Shown here in pieces: positions 39,645 to 52,300 of a DNA stretch of 64,000 bases. A program made the position numbers and the translations under genes. Numbering within the stretch: the first letter of the stretch is position 1; every line of letters begins with the position of its first letter. Source of the DNA: Scenedesmus sp. PABB004 (Eukaryota); assembly GCA_014905635.1 (NCBI GenBank), contig JABVCE010000013.1, forward strand, positions 620,001-684,000. Reading direction: 5' to 3'. Below the pieces are notes generated by a model, which saw nothing but the letters and a program-made list of their open reading frames with translations, was not told where the DNA came from and did not search any database.

Positions 39645-41671
39645 TCAGCACACCTCGGGCGGCGGCGCGGCCTCGGGGATGCGCCCCGGCTCAAACGCCG
39701 CCGCCGCCCACGCCGCCGCCGCCTCGGCCGCGCTCATGCCGCCCTCGCCGCTCGCGGCTGCGGGCGACGCGCCGCCGCCGCTCGCTGCAGGCGCCGCCGC
39801 GGCGGGCGGCGGCGTGGCGGGCGGCGGCGCGGGCGACCCAAACGCGGGTGCCGCCGGCGCTGTGCCGAGGCCGCCCGTGATCCAGTCGTCGCCGGCAGCG
39901 TCCGAGACCTGGCCAAACATGGCCTTGGGCCGCCCGCCCGCGGCTGCCTGGCCAAACGCAGCGCCGCCAGACCCAAACCCGCCCGGCGGCTGCGGCGCGG
40001 CTGCCCTGCCAAACAGCACCTTGCCGGGCGCCGCGCCAAAGCCGCCGGCGCCGGCAGCGCCAAACGCTGGCGCCGGCGCAGCCGCGCCGAACGCCGCTGC
40101 CGCGCCAAAGGCCGCCGGCGCGCCAAACCCGGTCGGCTGCTGCGGCGGCTGCGGCTGGCCGAACTGCGCGGGCTGCTGTGGCTGGCCAAACGGTGCGGGC
40201 TGCTGCTGCCCGCCGTCGGTGGCCATCGCTGCGTCCATGCCGGCCGCCTGGCCAAAGCCGCCAAACGCGCCGGGCACCGCTGCGGCCGAGCCGAAGCCGC
40301 GAGGCGCTGCCTGCGCCGCCGCGCCAAAGCCGCCGCCAAAACCCTGCGCTGGCTGCTGCTGCTGCTGCTGCTGCTGGGCGGCCTTGCCGAACAGGGTCTT
40401 GCCGGGCTGCGCAGCCTGCTGCTGCGCCGCCGGCTGCTGCGCGAGCGCCTGCTCCACGCCGCCGCTGGTGAACAGGGCGACGTAGGGGTTGGGCCGGGGC
40501 CGGAAGGCCCCCGCGGCGGGCGGCCGCCCGCTGGAGCGCACCAGCTGGGCGGCGGCCGCGGACGGGCGCGCGCGGGCGGTTTTGGGGGGGGGGGGGGGGG
40601 CGTGGGCGCCAGCGCTGCACGGCGCGCGGCGCGCGGCGCGCCACCGCCAGCTGCGCGCGTGCGCTCTCTCACCCTCAGCAGGTCATCAAACTCCTGCTGC
40701 TTCACCCGCACCGCCGCCTGCAGCTCCTGCTGCAGCGCCGCGGGCTGCCGCGCGCCGCTGCGCGCCTCGGCGACGTCGCGCCAGCGCGCCTCCTCCGGCG
40801 AGACGTCGCCTGGCGGCGGCGGCGGCGGCGGCGGCGGTCGATCGGGCGACCCTCGCTCGCCGCGCGCCGCAGCGCGGCGCGGCTCGCGGGCGCAAGCGGC
40901 ACTGCGCGGCGGCTCGTCGCGGCGGCGGCAGGCGCACCCCGAATGGTGCTCGGCTGCTCCCGGTCAATGCCGTAGCAACTCAGCAGCCAGCGCGGCCGGT
41001 CGGTCTGCAGGTCCTGCTGCGCCGCAGCGCGGTAGTCCTGCTGCTCTCCCCGCGGGCCGCCGCTGCCGCCGCCGCCGCCGCCGCCGCGGCTGCCGCCGCC
41101 CCGGCTGCCGCCGCTGCCGAAGCTGCTGCCGCCGCCCCTGCTGCTTCCAAAGCCGCCGCCGCCGCCGCCGCCGCCTCCCCGGGGCGGGGGCGGCGGGGGC
41201 GGGGGCTCCTGATAGCTGCTCAGCGCGCCAAAGCGGTTGCCGCCGCCGCCGCCCCGGTCGTCGCGGTACTGCTGCTGCCCCCCGCTGCGGCCGCCCCTGC
41301 TGCCGCCGCCGCCGCGGTAGCCGCCGCCGCTCCTGCCGCCCCCGCCGCCGCGGCTGTCGTAGCCGTCATGGTGCTGCTGCGGGGGCCCGCCGCCGCCCTG
41401 CGACCGCGCAGGCGGCGGTTGGGTCGGGCGCGCGGCGCCGCCGCCGCGCGGCAGCCGACGCCCGCGCCGCGCCGCCGCCGCACCTGGTAGCCACCACGGC
41501 CCTGGCTGTTGCTGCTGTAGCCGCCTGCGGGGCGGCGCGCGGGCATGGGCGCGGCGCCCGGGCGCGGAGGCAGCGGCGCCGGACGACGGGCTTCTGCCGC
41601 CGCCGCTGCTGCTGCTGGTGCGCACCGCGGTTGCTGCCGCTTCCCCAGCGCGGTCCGCCGCCGCCGCCCAT
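39645..41671 (-). CDS. NUP42: FG-repeat nucleoporin NUP42/hCG1/Amo1-like
   Basis: WLLSCYG..GDVSPEEAR motif, many FG repeats (GFGG, PFGQ, AFGA), and C-terminal FEPGRIPEAAPPPEVC resembling the Gle1-binding tail; ATG at 41671. Confidence 0.8.
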
Positions 41672-41953
41672 GCCGCGTGGCTGACCGCGGCCGGCGGCGG
41701 CGCAGCAGCAGCGGCGAGTGTCGGCCGCACGTCTGCTGCTGCGCGGCGAGCGTCGGCCGTGGCTGCCTGGTGCGGCTGATCGAGTGATGCGCGGCGCGTC
41801 GGCCGGGCACGCGGCGCGCCGCACGCCACGCCGCGGCAGGCGGTGGGCCGCGAGACAGCGCTCGCACAACCGCCACCCGTCGACAGCGGCCGCAGCCGAC
41901 CTCCAGGCACGCAGAGATCAACGTTCGATCCCACGGCGGCAGTCACAGCGACG

Positions 41954-42921
41954 ATGATGCTGCTACAGCGGCGCGGCACGAGCGCGGCAGCGGCGCCGCG
42001 CGCTGCGCAGCCGCGGCGCGGCGCGCCCCGCTGCGCAGCGCAGAGGTCCGCCAGGCGGCGAGCAGCAGGCGTCTGCAGCTGCAGCGGCAGCAGCGGCAGC
42101 AGCGGCACCGCGCCCGGCGACGGCGCAGCGGCGGGTGTGCGCCGCGCTGCTGCCGCGCGTGCGCCGCTGCCGCCGCGCGCCCCCGCCGCCGCCGCCGCCG
42201 CCCACGCGCCCGCGCCCGCCGCGCCGCCGCCGGCGGCAGTGACGGAGGCGGACCGCGCGTTCATGCGGCAGGCGCTCGCGCTCGCGGCGCGCGCGCTCGG
42301 GCAGACGCACCCCAACCCCGCGGTCGGCTGTGTGATCGTCCGCGACGGCCGGGTCGTGGGCGAGGGCTTCCACCCTAAGGCCGGCATGCCGCACGCCGAG
42401 GTCTACGCCCTGCGCGCGGCGGGTGCGGCCGCGGCGGCGCGCCCGCGCGCACGCCGTGCGCGCGCAGCGCGGCGTCGCGCCGCCGCAGCCCGGCGCGGGC
42501 CGCCGGCTGACGGCAGACCCCGCCGCCGCGCCGCGCAGGCACGCTGGCGCGCGGCGCGACTGCGTACGTGACGCTCGAGCCGTGCAACCACCACGGCCGC
42601 ACGCCGCCGTGCAGCCAGGCGCTGGTGGACGCGGGCGTCGCGCGGGTGCGTCGGCGCTCGCAGCGGCGCCGCCGCCCGCGGCGCGCGCTCCGGCCCACGC
42701 CCCCCGCGCCGCCGCGCCCGCGGCGCCAGGTCGTGGTGGGCGTCGGCGACCCCAACCCGCTCGTCGCGGCGGCGGGGCTGGCCACACTGCGCGGCGCGGG
42801 CATCGAGGTCGCGCTCGTCGGCGGCGCAGAGGAGGACGCGTGCCGCGAGCTCAACGCCGACTTTATGGCCCGCATGGCCGCGGCAGCGGCGGGCGGCGGC
42901 GGCGGCGGGAGCGGGAGCTAG
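41954..42921 (+). CDS. ribD: Riboflavin-biosynthesis pyrimidine deaminase (RibD N-terminal domain / PyrD), plastid-targeted
   Basis: [26 protein letters not shown], zinc motifs HAEVYAL and [24 protein letters not shown] at 42919-42921. Confidence 0.93.
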
Positions 42922-43041
42922 CGCGGCAGCCCGGGCAACCGCGCACACGCGCCCAGTTGCACGTGCGCCGCGCGGCGCTGTGGCTCGGGCGGCAGCCGAC
43001 CGGACCGGACCGGACCGGACACACACACACACCAGTCGCCG

Positions 43042-43265
43042 TCAGTCCTCGTCCATCATCGGCACCGGCGGCATGCTGCGCACGTCCTCGCTCACGTGCT
43101 GCCCCACTCTGCTCTCGGCCACGACGCGCCCGCGCGCGCCCGCCCCCGCCGCGGCCGCGGGCGCGCCTGCGCCGTTGGCCGCCGCGTCGCGCGGCACCGC
43201 CTGCTCCAGCTCCCGCAGCACCTCGGGGCTCACCTGCGGCGCGGCGACGGCGGCACGAACGTGGC

Positions 43266-43313
<48 letters not shown>

Positions 43314-45507
43314 CCAGCAGCAGCAGCAGCGCCCACGCGCGCGTCGCGCCGCGGCGCGCCCGCCCTCACCAGGTGGTGGTGCTGCTTGTCCGTGAGCGCC
43401 CGCAGCGCGTCGCGGTCGGCGCTGGTGAGCTGGTGCTTGTAGCGCTGCACGAAGCACAGCAGCCCCTGGTGCCACACCACCGGCATCGCGCGCGCGTCGC
43501 CCGCAAACGCGACGAAGTGCGCCGCGAGCGCGTCGACCACCTGCGCCGCGCCGGCGGCAGTGTCGGCGGCGCGCGTGCGCGTCGGCCGCCTGCGTCCGCG
43601 CCAGCGCAGCACAGCCGCGACCGCAGCCCCAGCCCCGGCCCAGCCCTCTGCAGCGGCGCTGGCGGGCGCACCCGGTAGGGCAGGGCGTACTTTTTGTCCA
43701 GCAGCACGCGGATGAAGAAGCTGGTCGTGCCCGCGTACTCGAGCTGCGCGAGCCGCAGCAGCGCCGCCGCGCTGTGCAGCACGGGCAGGCTCGAGCGGCG
43801 CAGCACGCTGCTGAAGATGACCGCCTCGCGCAGCGTGCACGTGCGGCTCTGGCACAGCGGCAGCAGCAGGCCCTGCGCGCGGCGGCGGCGGCGGCGGCGG
43901 CGGGCGGCGTCCGCGCCCGCGCCCGCGCGGGCAGGCGCGCAGCGTGCACGGCGCGGCGGCGGCCCGCACGGCGCGACGGCGGCGCGGCGCGGCGCTGCCT
44001 GGCGCGCCTTGTAGAAGGCGCCGGCCTTGTACGTCGCCTTGCGCAGCGCCTGGAAGAGCGCGAGGTGGAGGCGGCGGTGCTCGCCGATGTCGCGGCGCAC
44101 GCGCGGCAGCAGGACGAGCGCGAGGAAGCGCTGCGCGAGGCGGGCGTTGAGGTTTGACACAAACATCTTGGTCGCGACGTACCTGGGGGGAGCAGGCGGG
44201 CGGGAGAGGCCCGGGGGGGGGGGGGGGGGGAAGGAGGAGGAGAGAGTGTGGGCGAGAGTGTGGGCGAGGGTGTGGGCAAGAGCGTGGGCGGGCGTGGGCG
44301 GGCGCGGCCGGCTGCGGCGGCGGCGCCCGGCGCGCACATCGCGTGCGGGGACCAGTGCTCCGGGTCCGTGAGCTGCAGGACCTCCTCCCAGTTGACGAGG
44401 TTGGGTATGATCTTGAAGGCCTTGGGCACCTTGCCGTTGGTGTAGCGCGCCAGCAGCGCGCCCACGCCGCGGTACACCTCCACCACCGCCGCGTCCAGGC
44501 CCTCCGCGCCGCCGGCGCTGCGGCGCACGGGCGCGGCGCCGGGGGCGCGTCGGCCGGGCGCGCGCGCACGCGCGCGATGGCGCGCAGCGGCGAGCCGGCC
44601 GGCGTGCGGCCGCGCCCCGCGCGCACCCGAACTCGTCGCCGCCGGCGGCGCCGGCGGCGCCCGCGCCGGCGCCGGCGCACTCGCCTCCGCCCGGCTGCGG
44701 GTGTGCGAGGCGCGCGAGGATCGCGTCAGCGAGCGTGCGCTGCGCCGCCGCGCCGCTGCCATCGAGCGCGGCGGGCGACATGAACGCCGCCAGCGCGGCC
44801 TCGTCCTCCGGCGCGACGTCGTCGTCGTCGTCGTCGCCGCCCCACACGCTGCCCGCCTCGGTCAGGCCGTCGCCGCCGTCGTCGCCGGCCTCGCTGTCGC
44901 TGTCGGCGTCGAGCCGCTGCAGCGCCGCCGCGATCGCGCCGGCGGGGATCTGGCGGCACCGGCCGGGCGGGCGGGCGGGCGGGCGGCTCGGAGGGCGGCG
45001 GCGCGCTCGCCGCCGCCGTCAGCGCACGGGCGCGTCGCCCCGCGCACCTGCGCCACCGCGCCGGGCCCGCCGTGCTGCGCGTCCAGCTCCTCCGCGTCCA
45101 GCTCCTCCTGCTGCGCGCGCGCCTCGCGCAGGATGCGGGCCGACACATCCTGCGGCACCGCCTGCCGGCGCCGGCGGCAGCGGCGGCGCGCGTGCGCGGT
45201 GGGTCGGCGCCTGGCTGCGGCCGCGCGGCGGGCGGCTTGGTGCGCCGCGGGCCCCACCTCGGCGTCCTCCTCGTCCTCCGTCCGCCGGCGCCGCTTCTCG
45301 GCGCGCGGCTTGGTCTGCGGCGGGCGGCGCGGGCCGCAGTCGCTCGCGCGCCGCGGTTGCTGGCGGCTGTCGCCGCGCGCGGCGCGCCCGCAGCCCGCTG
45401 CCCCACGCGCGGCCGCGCACCCGGACGCCGTAGGAGTTGGGGTCCTCTATCTGCTCCCCCAGGTCCTGTTTGTGCCGCTCCGGGCGCTGCTGGCGTCGTT
45501 TGCCCAT
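43042..45507 (-). CDS. BYSL: Bystin / Enp1 (40S ribosome biogenesis); about 9 introns
   Basis: [87 protein letters not shown] and [15 protein letters not shown]. Confidence 0.96.
43267..43329. repeat. (CAG)n trinucleotide tract in the last bystin intron
   Basis: Directly visible, with one interruption. Confidence 0.9.
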
Positions 45508-45934
45508 CGCGCCCTGCTGCTGGCGGCTGCGCGGCGAGCTGGGCCGGCGGCGGCGGCGCGGTGGCGTTCCTGGGCACTGTGCCGCTGCGGGATGAGCTCT
45601 GTGGCGCGTCTCAGCCCCGGCGCGCGTCGCGCCGGCGGCAAAGTAACACGCCCGGTGACGCGCGGGCTCAGCGCGGCCCCCTGCTGGTCGCGCTCTCGCT
45701 TACGTCCGCAGTGAGACCGAGCGCGCGCTTCGCTGGCCGCGCCCGCCCCCCGGCAGCAGTCGCATCGCGCGCGCGCCCCGCCCCGCGCACCCGCGCCCCG
45801 GCGCCCCCGCCGGCCGCGCCCCGTCGCTCCAGGGCCGTTTGTGGGCCGCAGGCAGCCCGCGCCGGCGGCGGCAGGAGCGGCGCGCGCGGCGCGGCGGCAG
45901 CAGCGGCGGCCGCCGGCGGCCCGGCGCCGGCGCG

Positions 45935-48631
45935 ATGGCCAAGGGCAAGGACAAGGCGGAGCGGCGCGAGAAGGGCAAGGACAAGGCCGCCGCCAAGCAG
46001 GAGCGGCAGGAGAAGCGCAAGCACGTCGAGGTCGCGGTCAGCATGGCGGGCGCCGACAAGCGCGCCCGCGGCGGCGGCGCCGACGCCGGCGCGCCCCCCG
46101 CGGTCGGGCCCTTCGTGCTCGCCCTCGCGAGCGCGACGCCGGAGGCGGGCGCGGAGGCGGGCTGGCGCTTCGCGGCGTATGGCGCGCCGGAGCAGGCGGC
46201 GCAGCTGGCGAGCGGGGAGCTCGACCCCGAGGCGCCGCCGGTGTACGTCGTCAGCCGCCAGGTGCGCCCGGCCGCGCGCCGCATTGCGGCCGAGCCGCGC
46301 CCCACGGCCCCGCCGCGTGCGCAGCTGACGCGCCTGCCGCGCCGCGCCGCGCCGCGCCGCAGCCGGGCGCCACGCTCGTCGGCACCACGCAGGCGCCGCC
46401 GCAGGCGGCCGCCGACAAGGCCACGTGAGCGGCGCCGCCGCGCGGCGCCGCTGCCCCAGCCGGCCGCCGCGCCTCACGCTCGCCCGCCCCGCCGCCGCCC
46501 GGCGCTGCAGCTATGCGGTCGGGCTCTACAACCGGCAGACCCACACGCTGCGCCTCGCGGGCGCGGCGGGCGGCTGCGTCGTGCGCGTCGAGGCGGCCGC
46601 GGCGCACGCGCGGGACGCCGAGGTCGCCGGCGTGCGCCCCGCGGCGGCGGAGCAGCGCCGCGCGCCGCGCGAGCGCGACCTCGCCACGCGCCGCGCGGAG
46701 GCCCGCAAGTGAGCGCCCGGGGGCGGCACGCCGCGCCACGGGCCCGGCGCCTCGGCTGCTGCTGCTGCCGTCGCTGCGCGCCGCGCGCCCGCCCGCCCAC
46801 GCCCGCCGCCCGCCGCCCGCCGCCCGCCGCCCGCCGCCCGCCGCCCGCCGCCCGCCGCCAGGCTGGTGGAGGCGTTTGGCTCCACGCGGCGCAAGCGCCA
46901 GCTGAAGCAGCGCGAGGAGGCGGCCGTGCAGGTCGACCGCAATGCCGACGAGGAGCGGCTGGCGCTGCTGCTGGAGGAGGTCACCGCGCGCGCCACGGCG
47001 ACGGGCGAGACGCGCCAGGAGGTGCGCGCGCGCGTGTGCCGCCGCCGCCGCCGCCGCCGCCGGCGCTGGCGGCGAGCGCGCGCCGTGGGCCCGCGCGCCG
47101 CGCGCCGCGCCGCGCACGCGCAGCCCACGCGCCGCGCCGCCGCAGATCATGGCGCGCGTCGGCGGCGCGCGCGTCATCCCGACGCACGACCCCGCGGCGC
47201 GGTCGCCGGGCGAGGCGTACCGCCTGGGCGCCATGTTCCCCGACTCGCTGCTCGCCGCGCTCAACATCGGGCAGCTGCTGCACGCGGCCGAGAAGGCCGA
47301 CGACCGGCTCAAGCTCGCGACCAAGGGCGCGGTGCGACGCGCGGCGCGGCGCGGGGGCTTCGCGCCACACCGCGCCCTGCCGCCGTGCCGCGTGCCGCGC
47401 CGCGCGCAACCGTGCCCTGGGCGCGCCGCGCCGCGGCAGGTCCCCGGCTACGTCATGTCCCGCCTCACGCGCATCGCCGACGCGGCGGACCAGGCCGAGC
47501 GCAAGCGCCGCGCGCGCGCGCTCGCGCTGCTCGCCGCGCTGCTGCAGCTCGCCACGGGGCGGCCGCGGCTCGCGCTCAAGCCGCCGCGCCCCGCCGAGGT
47601 GCGGGCCGCGCCGCCGCCGCCGCCGCCCGCGCGCGCGCCGGCCGCCGCTGCGCTCGCGCGCCCGCCGCCGAGCCCCGCGCCGCCGCCTCTGCGGCCGCGC
47701 GCTGCGCGCTTGCAGGAGGAGGGCGGCAAGCCGCGCCCCGGCGGGCTGGAGGAGCTGGCGTGGAGCCTCAAGCTGGGCCGCCGCGACGTGCTGGAGCCGC
47801 TGCTCGGCATGTTTTACAACAAGACGTGAGCGTGGGGCCGCGGGTTTAGGGCCTGCGGTTTAGGGGCTGCAGGTGTGGGTTTGTGTGCCTTGCCCAGCGC
47901 CGCGCGGCCTGTGCGGCAGCGCGCGGCCGCCCCGGCCGCCGGCACAGCGCGCGCGCGACCGCCTCGTCGCCGCGGCGCCGCCGCCGCCTCTGCAGCATGG
48001 ACGGCGGCGGCGTGAGCTTTGTGCGGGAGGAGGTGAAGCAGCAGCTGCTGCTCATGCACGTGCTCGTCGTCGCGCTCGCGGCGGAGGGCTGGGTGCTGCC
48101 GCCGGCGCAGTTTGAGGGGCTGCGCAAGGAGCTCAAGATGACCGCCGGCGACGTGGTCAGCAGGTGCGCGCGCGCGGCCGCGGCCGCGCCGCGCTCCCCG
48201 ACGCCCGCCTGCAGCAGTCGGGCTGCCCCCGCTCGCCGCGCTCGAGCGCCGCCCCTCCGCTGCCGCCGCCGCCGCCGCCGCCGCCGGCCTGCGCCAGGTT
48301 CCGCGAGCTCGGCTGCGTGTGCACCGCTGCAAAGCTCGCCGGCGCGGGCGCGGACGGCACGCCCGGCGCCGCCGTGACGGCATACACCGTGGCGCTGCTG
48401 CAGGTGCGCCGCGCCGCGCGGGCGGCATGGCTGGGCTCCGGGCTGCGCCCGCCGCGCGAGCTGCGCGGCACCCGCGCGCGCGCCCACGGCACCCGTGGGT
48501 CGACCGCGCGCGCCGCGCCCGCCGGCCGCGCCGCCGCTTGCTGGTCGGCGCCGCAGGACGGCAGCAAGACGCTGGAGGAGAGCTTTCCCAAGAGCAAGGC
48601 GCCGCCCAAGCAGCGCGGCGGCGGGCGCTGA
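45935..48631 (+). CDS. RPA49: RNA polymerase I subunit A49 (RPA49/PAF53/POLR1E)-like; about 9 introns
   Basis: YAVGLYNRQTHTLRL, RKLVEAFGSTRRKRQL, IPTHDPAARSPGEAY, LLLMHVLVVAL, LRKELKM..VVSRFRELGC and C-terminal ..FPK match the A49 family pattern as I recall it. Confidence 0.8.
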
Positions 48632-49310
48632 GCAGCTTGCTCAGCCGCGCGCGGGAGGGGGGAGTTGCGGTGACGCCGCGCGGCGGCCCTGGCGCACGTG
48701 CAAAACTTGCTCCCCCGCGTTCCCCGATGGCGCCGCGTGCCGCGCGGCGCCCCCCGCGCAGCGCTCCGTTCGGCGCGCGCTGCGTGCCGCGCCCGCTCCG
48801 CGGCGCTGGGGCGGTCCGCTGCGCGGCGCCAGCAGCGCGCGCCGGCAGCGCCTCCTACGAGCGCCTGCAGCGTAGGAGCCACCGCCGGCGCGCCCTGGGG
48901 CCTGTGCCCGCCGCCGGCGGGCGGCGCGGCGGCGGGCGCGCACCGCCCCGCCCAGCGCCTGCGCGGCCGGCGCAGCTGCCGCGACCGAACCGCGCCGGTT
49001 GCTGGCACGCCCTGCCGGCCGGGCGGCGCAAAGGGGCGCCGCGCGAGCAGATAAATGGCCGAGGTCGCAGGGTTTTTGGACGCTCTCGCACGCTGCAGAG
49101 CACCGCAAGCGCCCCGCGCGCGCGTGGAACGCGCTTACGGCAGCTGCCGCGCACGACCGGCGCAGCGCGAGCAGCCCCGCCGCGCTCGGCCGCGCACCGC
49201 AGCGCTCGCCTCCGGCCCATCGGCCCCGCGTCGCTCCGTGGCGCCCGCGCCAATGCTCTGAGCCTTCGCCCGACTGCCGGACAACCTACGCGCCGCGTGC
49301 GCCGCCCCGC

Positions 49311-52300
49311 ATGGCCTCCCTCGCGCCCGCCGCGGGGCAGCGGGCCTCCACTCCCTCGCGCGGGCGCCGTGAATCCCTGAGCCCACCGCCGAGATCGTTT
49401 GGCGCCTCCCCGCGACCGGGTGCGTGGCGGGGGGCCCGAAATTGCGCCCCGCGGCGACAGCAGCAGAGGGCGGCCACCCCGGAAGGCGCCGCGCGACGCG
49501 GCCGCGCGCGGCCCCGGCGCGCGGCGCGGACGGCGGCCGCTGCGCCCGCGCAGCGCTAGGGCAGGAGCGGCGGGCGGGCGCGCGCGCCGCGGCGCGCCCG
49601 CCCCGCCGCTGCCCGCGCAGCCGCCGCGCCCACGCCCGCGCCCACCCGTCGCGCCCCGCAGGCGTCCGCCATGGCGCCCCGCGCCAGCTCAGCAGCGCGT
49701 CCGGCTACGGCGGCGCCAGCCCGCGCCGCGGCCGCGCCGGGCGCAGCGCGACGCCGCCGCCGGCGCGCACGGCGGCGGTCGCGACGCTCGAGGCGCCGGC
49801 GCTCGACGACGCCGAGCTCGGCCTGGACGTTATCAAGGTCCAGTTCGTGGTGGAGCAGTACGTGACGAGCTTCGGGCAGGAGCTCAAGATCGTGGGCGGC
49901 GCGCCGGAGCTCGGCGAGTGGGACCTCGCGCTGGTGCGGCGGCGGCGCGCGCGCGCGCGCGGCGCGGCGCAGCGTCACGGCGCTGCCTGCGCGCCCGCGG
50001 GGCCGCTCACGCTCACGCTCACCCGCGCGCCCCGCCGCGCCGCGCGCCGCGCAGGCGCCCGCGATGACGTGGGGCGAGGGCCACCGCTGGACCGCGACCG
50101 CGTACCTGCCGCCGGGGACGTATCCCTTCAAGATCGTCGTCGCCGGCCCCGGCGCCGCGGCGCGCTGGGAGGAGGGGGACAACCGCAACATCACGATCGT
50201 CGCGGAGAGCCCCGAGCTCGGCACCGCGGCGCTCGTGACCGTGGACTGCGTGTTCGGGCAGACGGTCAACACCGCGGTCAGCACCAAGCGCGTGACCGGC
50301 ATCGGCTTCCGCCCCGCCGCGCCGGCCAACCCGCACGCGAGCGCGCCGCCGACCGGCGGCACCGCCGTGACCGCGCCGCCGGCGCCCGGCGGCGCGAGCG
50401 CGTTTGTGACGAGCAAGGTCACCGCCAACGCCGGCCCCGCGGCGCGCGGCGCCGTCGCGGCGCGGCCCGCGCCCGTGCACGCGCCGGAGCCGGTGTATGC
50501 ACCGGAGCCGGTGCACGCGCCGGAGCCGGAGCCGGTGCACGCCGCGGCGCCGGAGCCGGCGTACGCGCCGGAGCCGGAGCCGGTGCACGCCGCGGCGCCG
50601 GAGCCGGCGTACGCGCCGGAGCCGGAGCCGGTGCACGCCGCGGCGCCCGAGCCGGTGCTCGCCGCGCCGGCGCCGGCCGCGCCGGCGGCGCCGGCGGCGC
50701 CCGGCAGCGCCGCGTTTGCCGACCGCATGGCCGGCCTGGACGCGCAGCTCGCCAAGGTGCTGGCCAAGTCGGGCAAGGCCAGCCCTGCGGCCGCCAGCCC
50801 GACGAGCACCATCGCCGAGGAGCGCAGCGCGCCGCCGGCGCCGCCCGCCGACCCCGCCGCGGCGCGCAAGGTGGTGTCTAGCTTCATCAAGGGTGAGCCC
50901 CCCGCGGCGCGCGGCGCCGCGCCGCCCCGCGCGCACGCCTGCACGCCCGCGCGTGCGCGCGCGCCACCGCCGCCGGCCGGGTGCGGCCCGCCCCGACTGG
51001 CCGCCCACGCCCGCGCACGCCGCCCCGCGCCGCGCCGCAGACCACCTCAAGGTGGTTGAGAGCCAGGCGGTGGAGATGATGCGCCAGAATGAGCGCCTCG
51101 AGGCGCGCATGGCCGCGCTGGAGCAGCACGTGCAGGTGCGCGGCGCGCCCCGCGCGCCCCGCGCGCCCCGGTTGTGCGGCGCCCCCCGGCGGCGGCGGCG
51201 CGCGCTCACGCCGCGCCCGCGCCCCGCGCCCCGCGCCCCGCGCCCGCGCGCCCGCGCCCGCGCCCGCGCCCCGCGCCCGCGCGCCCGCGCGCCTGCAGAG
51301 CTACGACGAGTCTGTGATGGACACGCTCGCCGGCGGCATCGCCGCGGCCGAGGAGGCGGCGCCGGCCGAGGAGGAGCCGGCCGCGCCGCTCACGCCCGAG
51401 GAGGCGGAGGCGGCGGCCGAGGCGGCCGCGGCGGCCGCCGCCGAGGCGGCGGCGCGCGCCGAGGCCGAGGCCGCCGCGGCGCGCGCGCGCGCCGAGGCGG
51501 AGGCGGCCTACGCGGCGCGCGCGAAGCTGCGCGAGACGCCCGAGCCCGACGTCGACGCGACTGACCTGGTGCGCCAGTTCATGTCGGCATACGGCGCCAC
51601 GGCCGCCGCCGGCGGCGCCGCGGCCAGCCTGGGCGGCGGCGCGGCTGCCGCGCACGCGCGCGCGGCGGTCACCGCCGGCGCCGCGGCGGCGGCCACGGCC
51701 ACGGCCACGGCCGAGCGCCCCGCCGCCGCGGCGGGCGGCGGTGGCGGCGGCGGCGACGGCTTTGCGCTCCCGGTCAGCGTGACGGGGCCGAGCGGCACGT
51801 ACAGCCTCAGCGCCGGCGGCGGCGCGTGGCGCGCGAGCGAGGAGCCCGTGTCGGCGGAGGACCTGGCCGGCGACTACGCGACGCCCGCGTGGGGCTCGTA
51901 CGGCGAGGACGAGGAGCTCGCCGCCGCCGAGGCGGCGGCGGCCGAGGCGGAGGCGTCCGAGGCCGCGGCGGCGCGCGCCGAGGCGGCCGCGGCCGAGGCC
52001 GAGGCTGCGGCCGCGGCCGAGGCCGAGGCCGCGGCCGCGGAGGCCGCGGCGGCGCAGGCCGCGATGGAGGCGGCGGAGGCCGACGCGGCCGCGGCCCTCC
52101 AGCGCGTGGCGGCGGCGGAGGAGGAGCGGCGCCTGCACGACGAGGCGCAGGCGCGCCTCGCGGAGCAGCAAGCCGCCGAGGCCGCCGCGGCGGCCGAGGC
52201 GGCGGCGGCCGAGGCGGCGGCCGCTGAGCCGACGCTGGAGGAGCAGCTCGCCGCGGCCGAGGCGGAGCGGCAGGCGCTGCTCGCGCAGCACGCCGCCGAG

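Larger units (their letters stand above)
38332..39733 (+). repeat. Right (source) arm of the 1402-bp inverted repeat
   Basis: Continuous with the EamA ORF on its left and the NUP42-like ORF on its right, so this is the native copy. Confidence 0.97.

Noticed and set aside
32039..39733. Inverted repeat read as the terminal inverted repeats of a DNA transposon
   Set aside because: The arms consist of host gene fragments and a tRNA, the right arm is continuous with genes on both sides, and no transposase or target-site duplication is seen.
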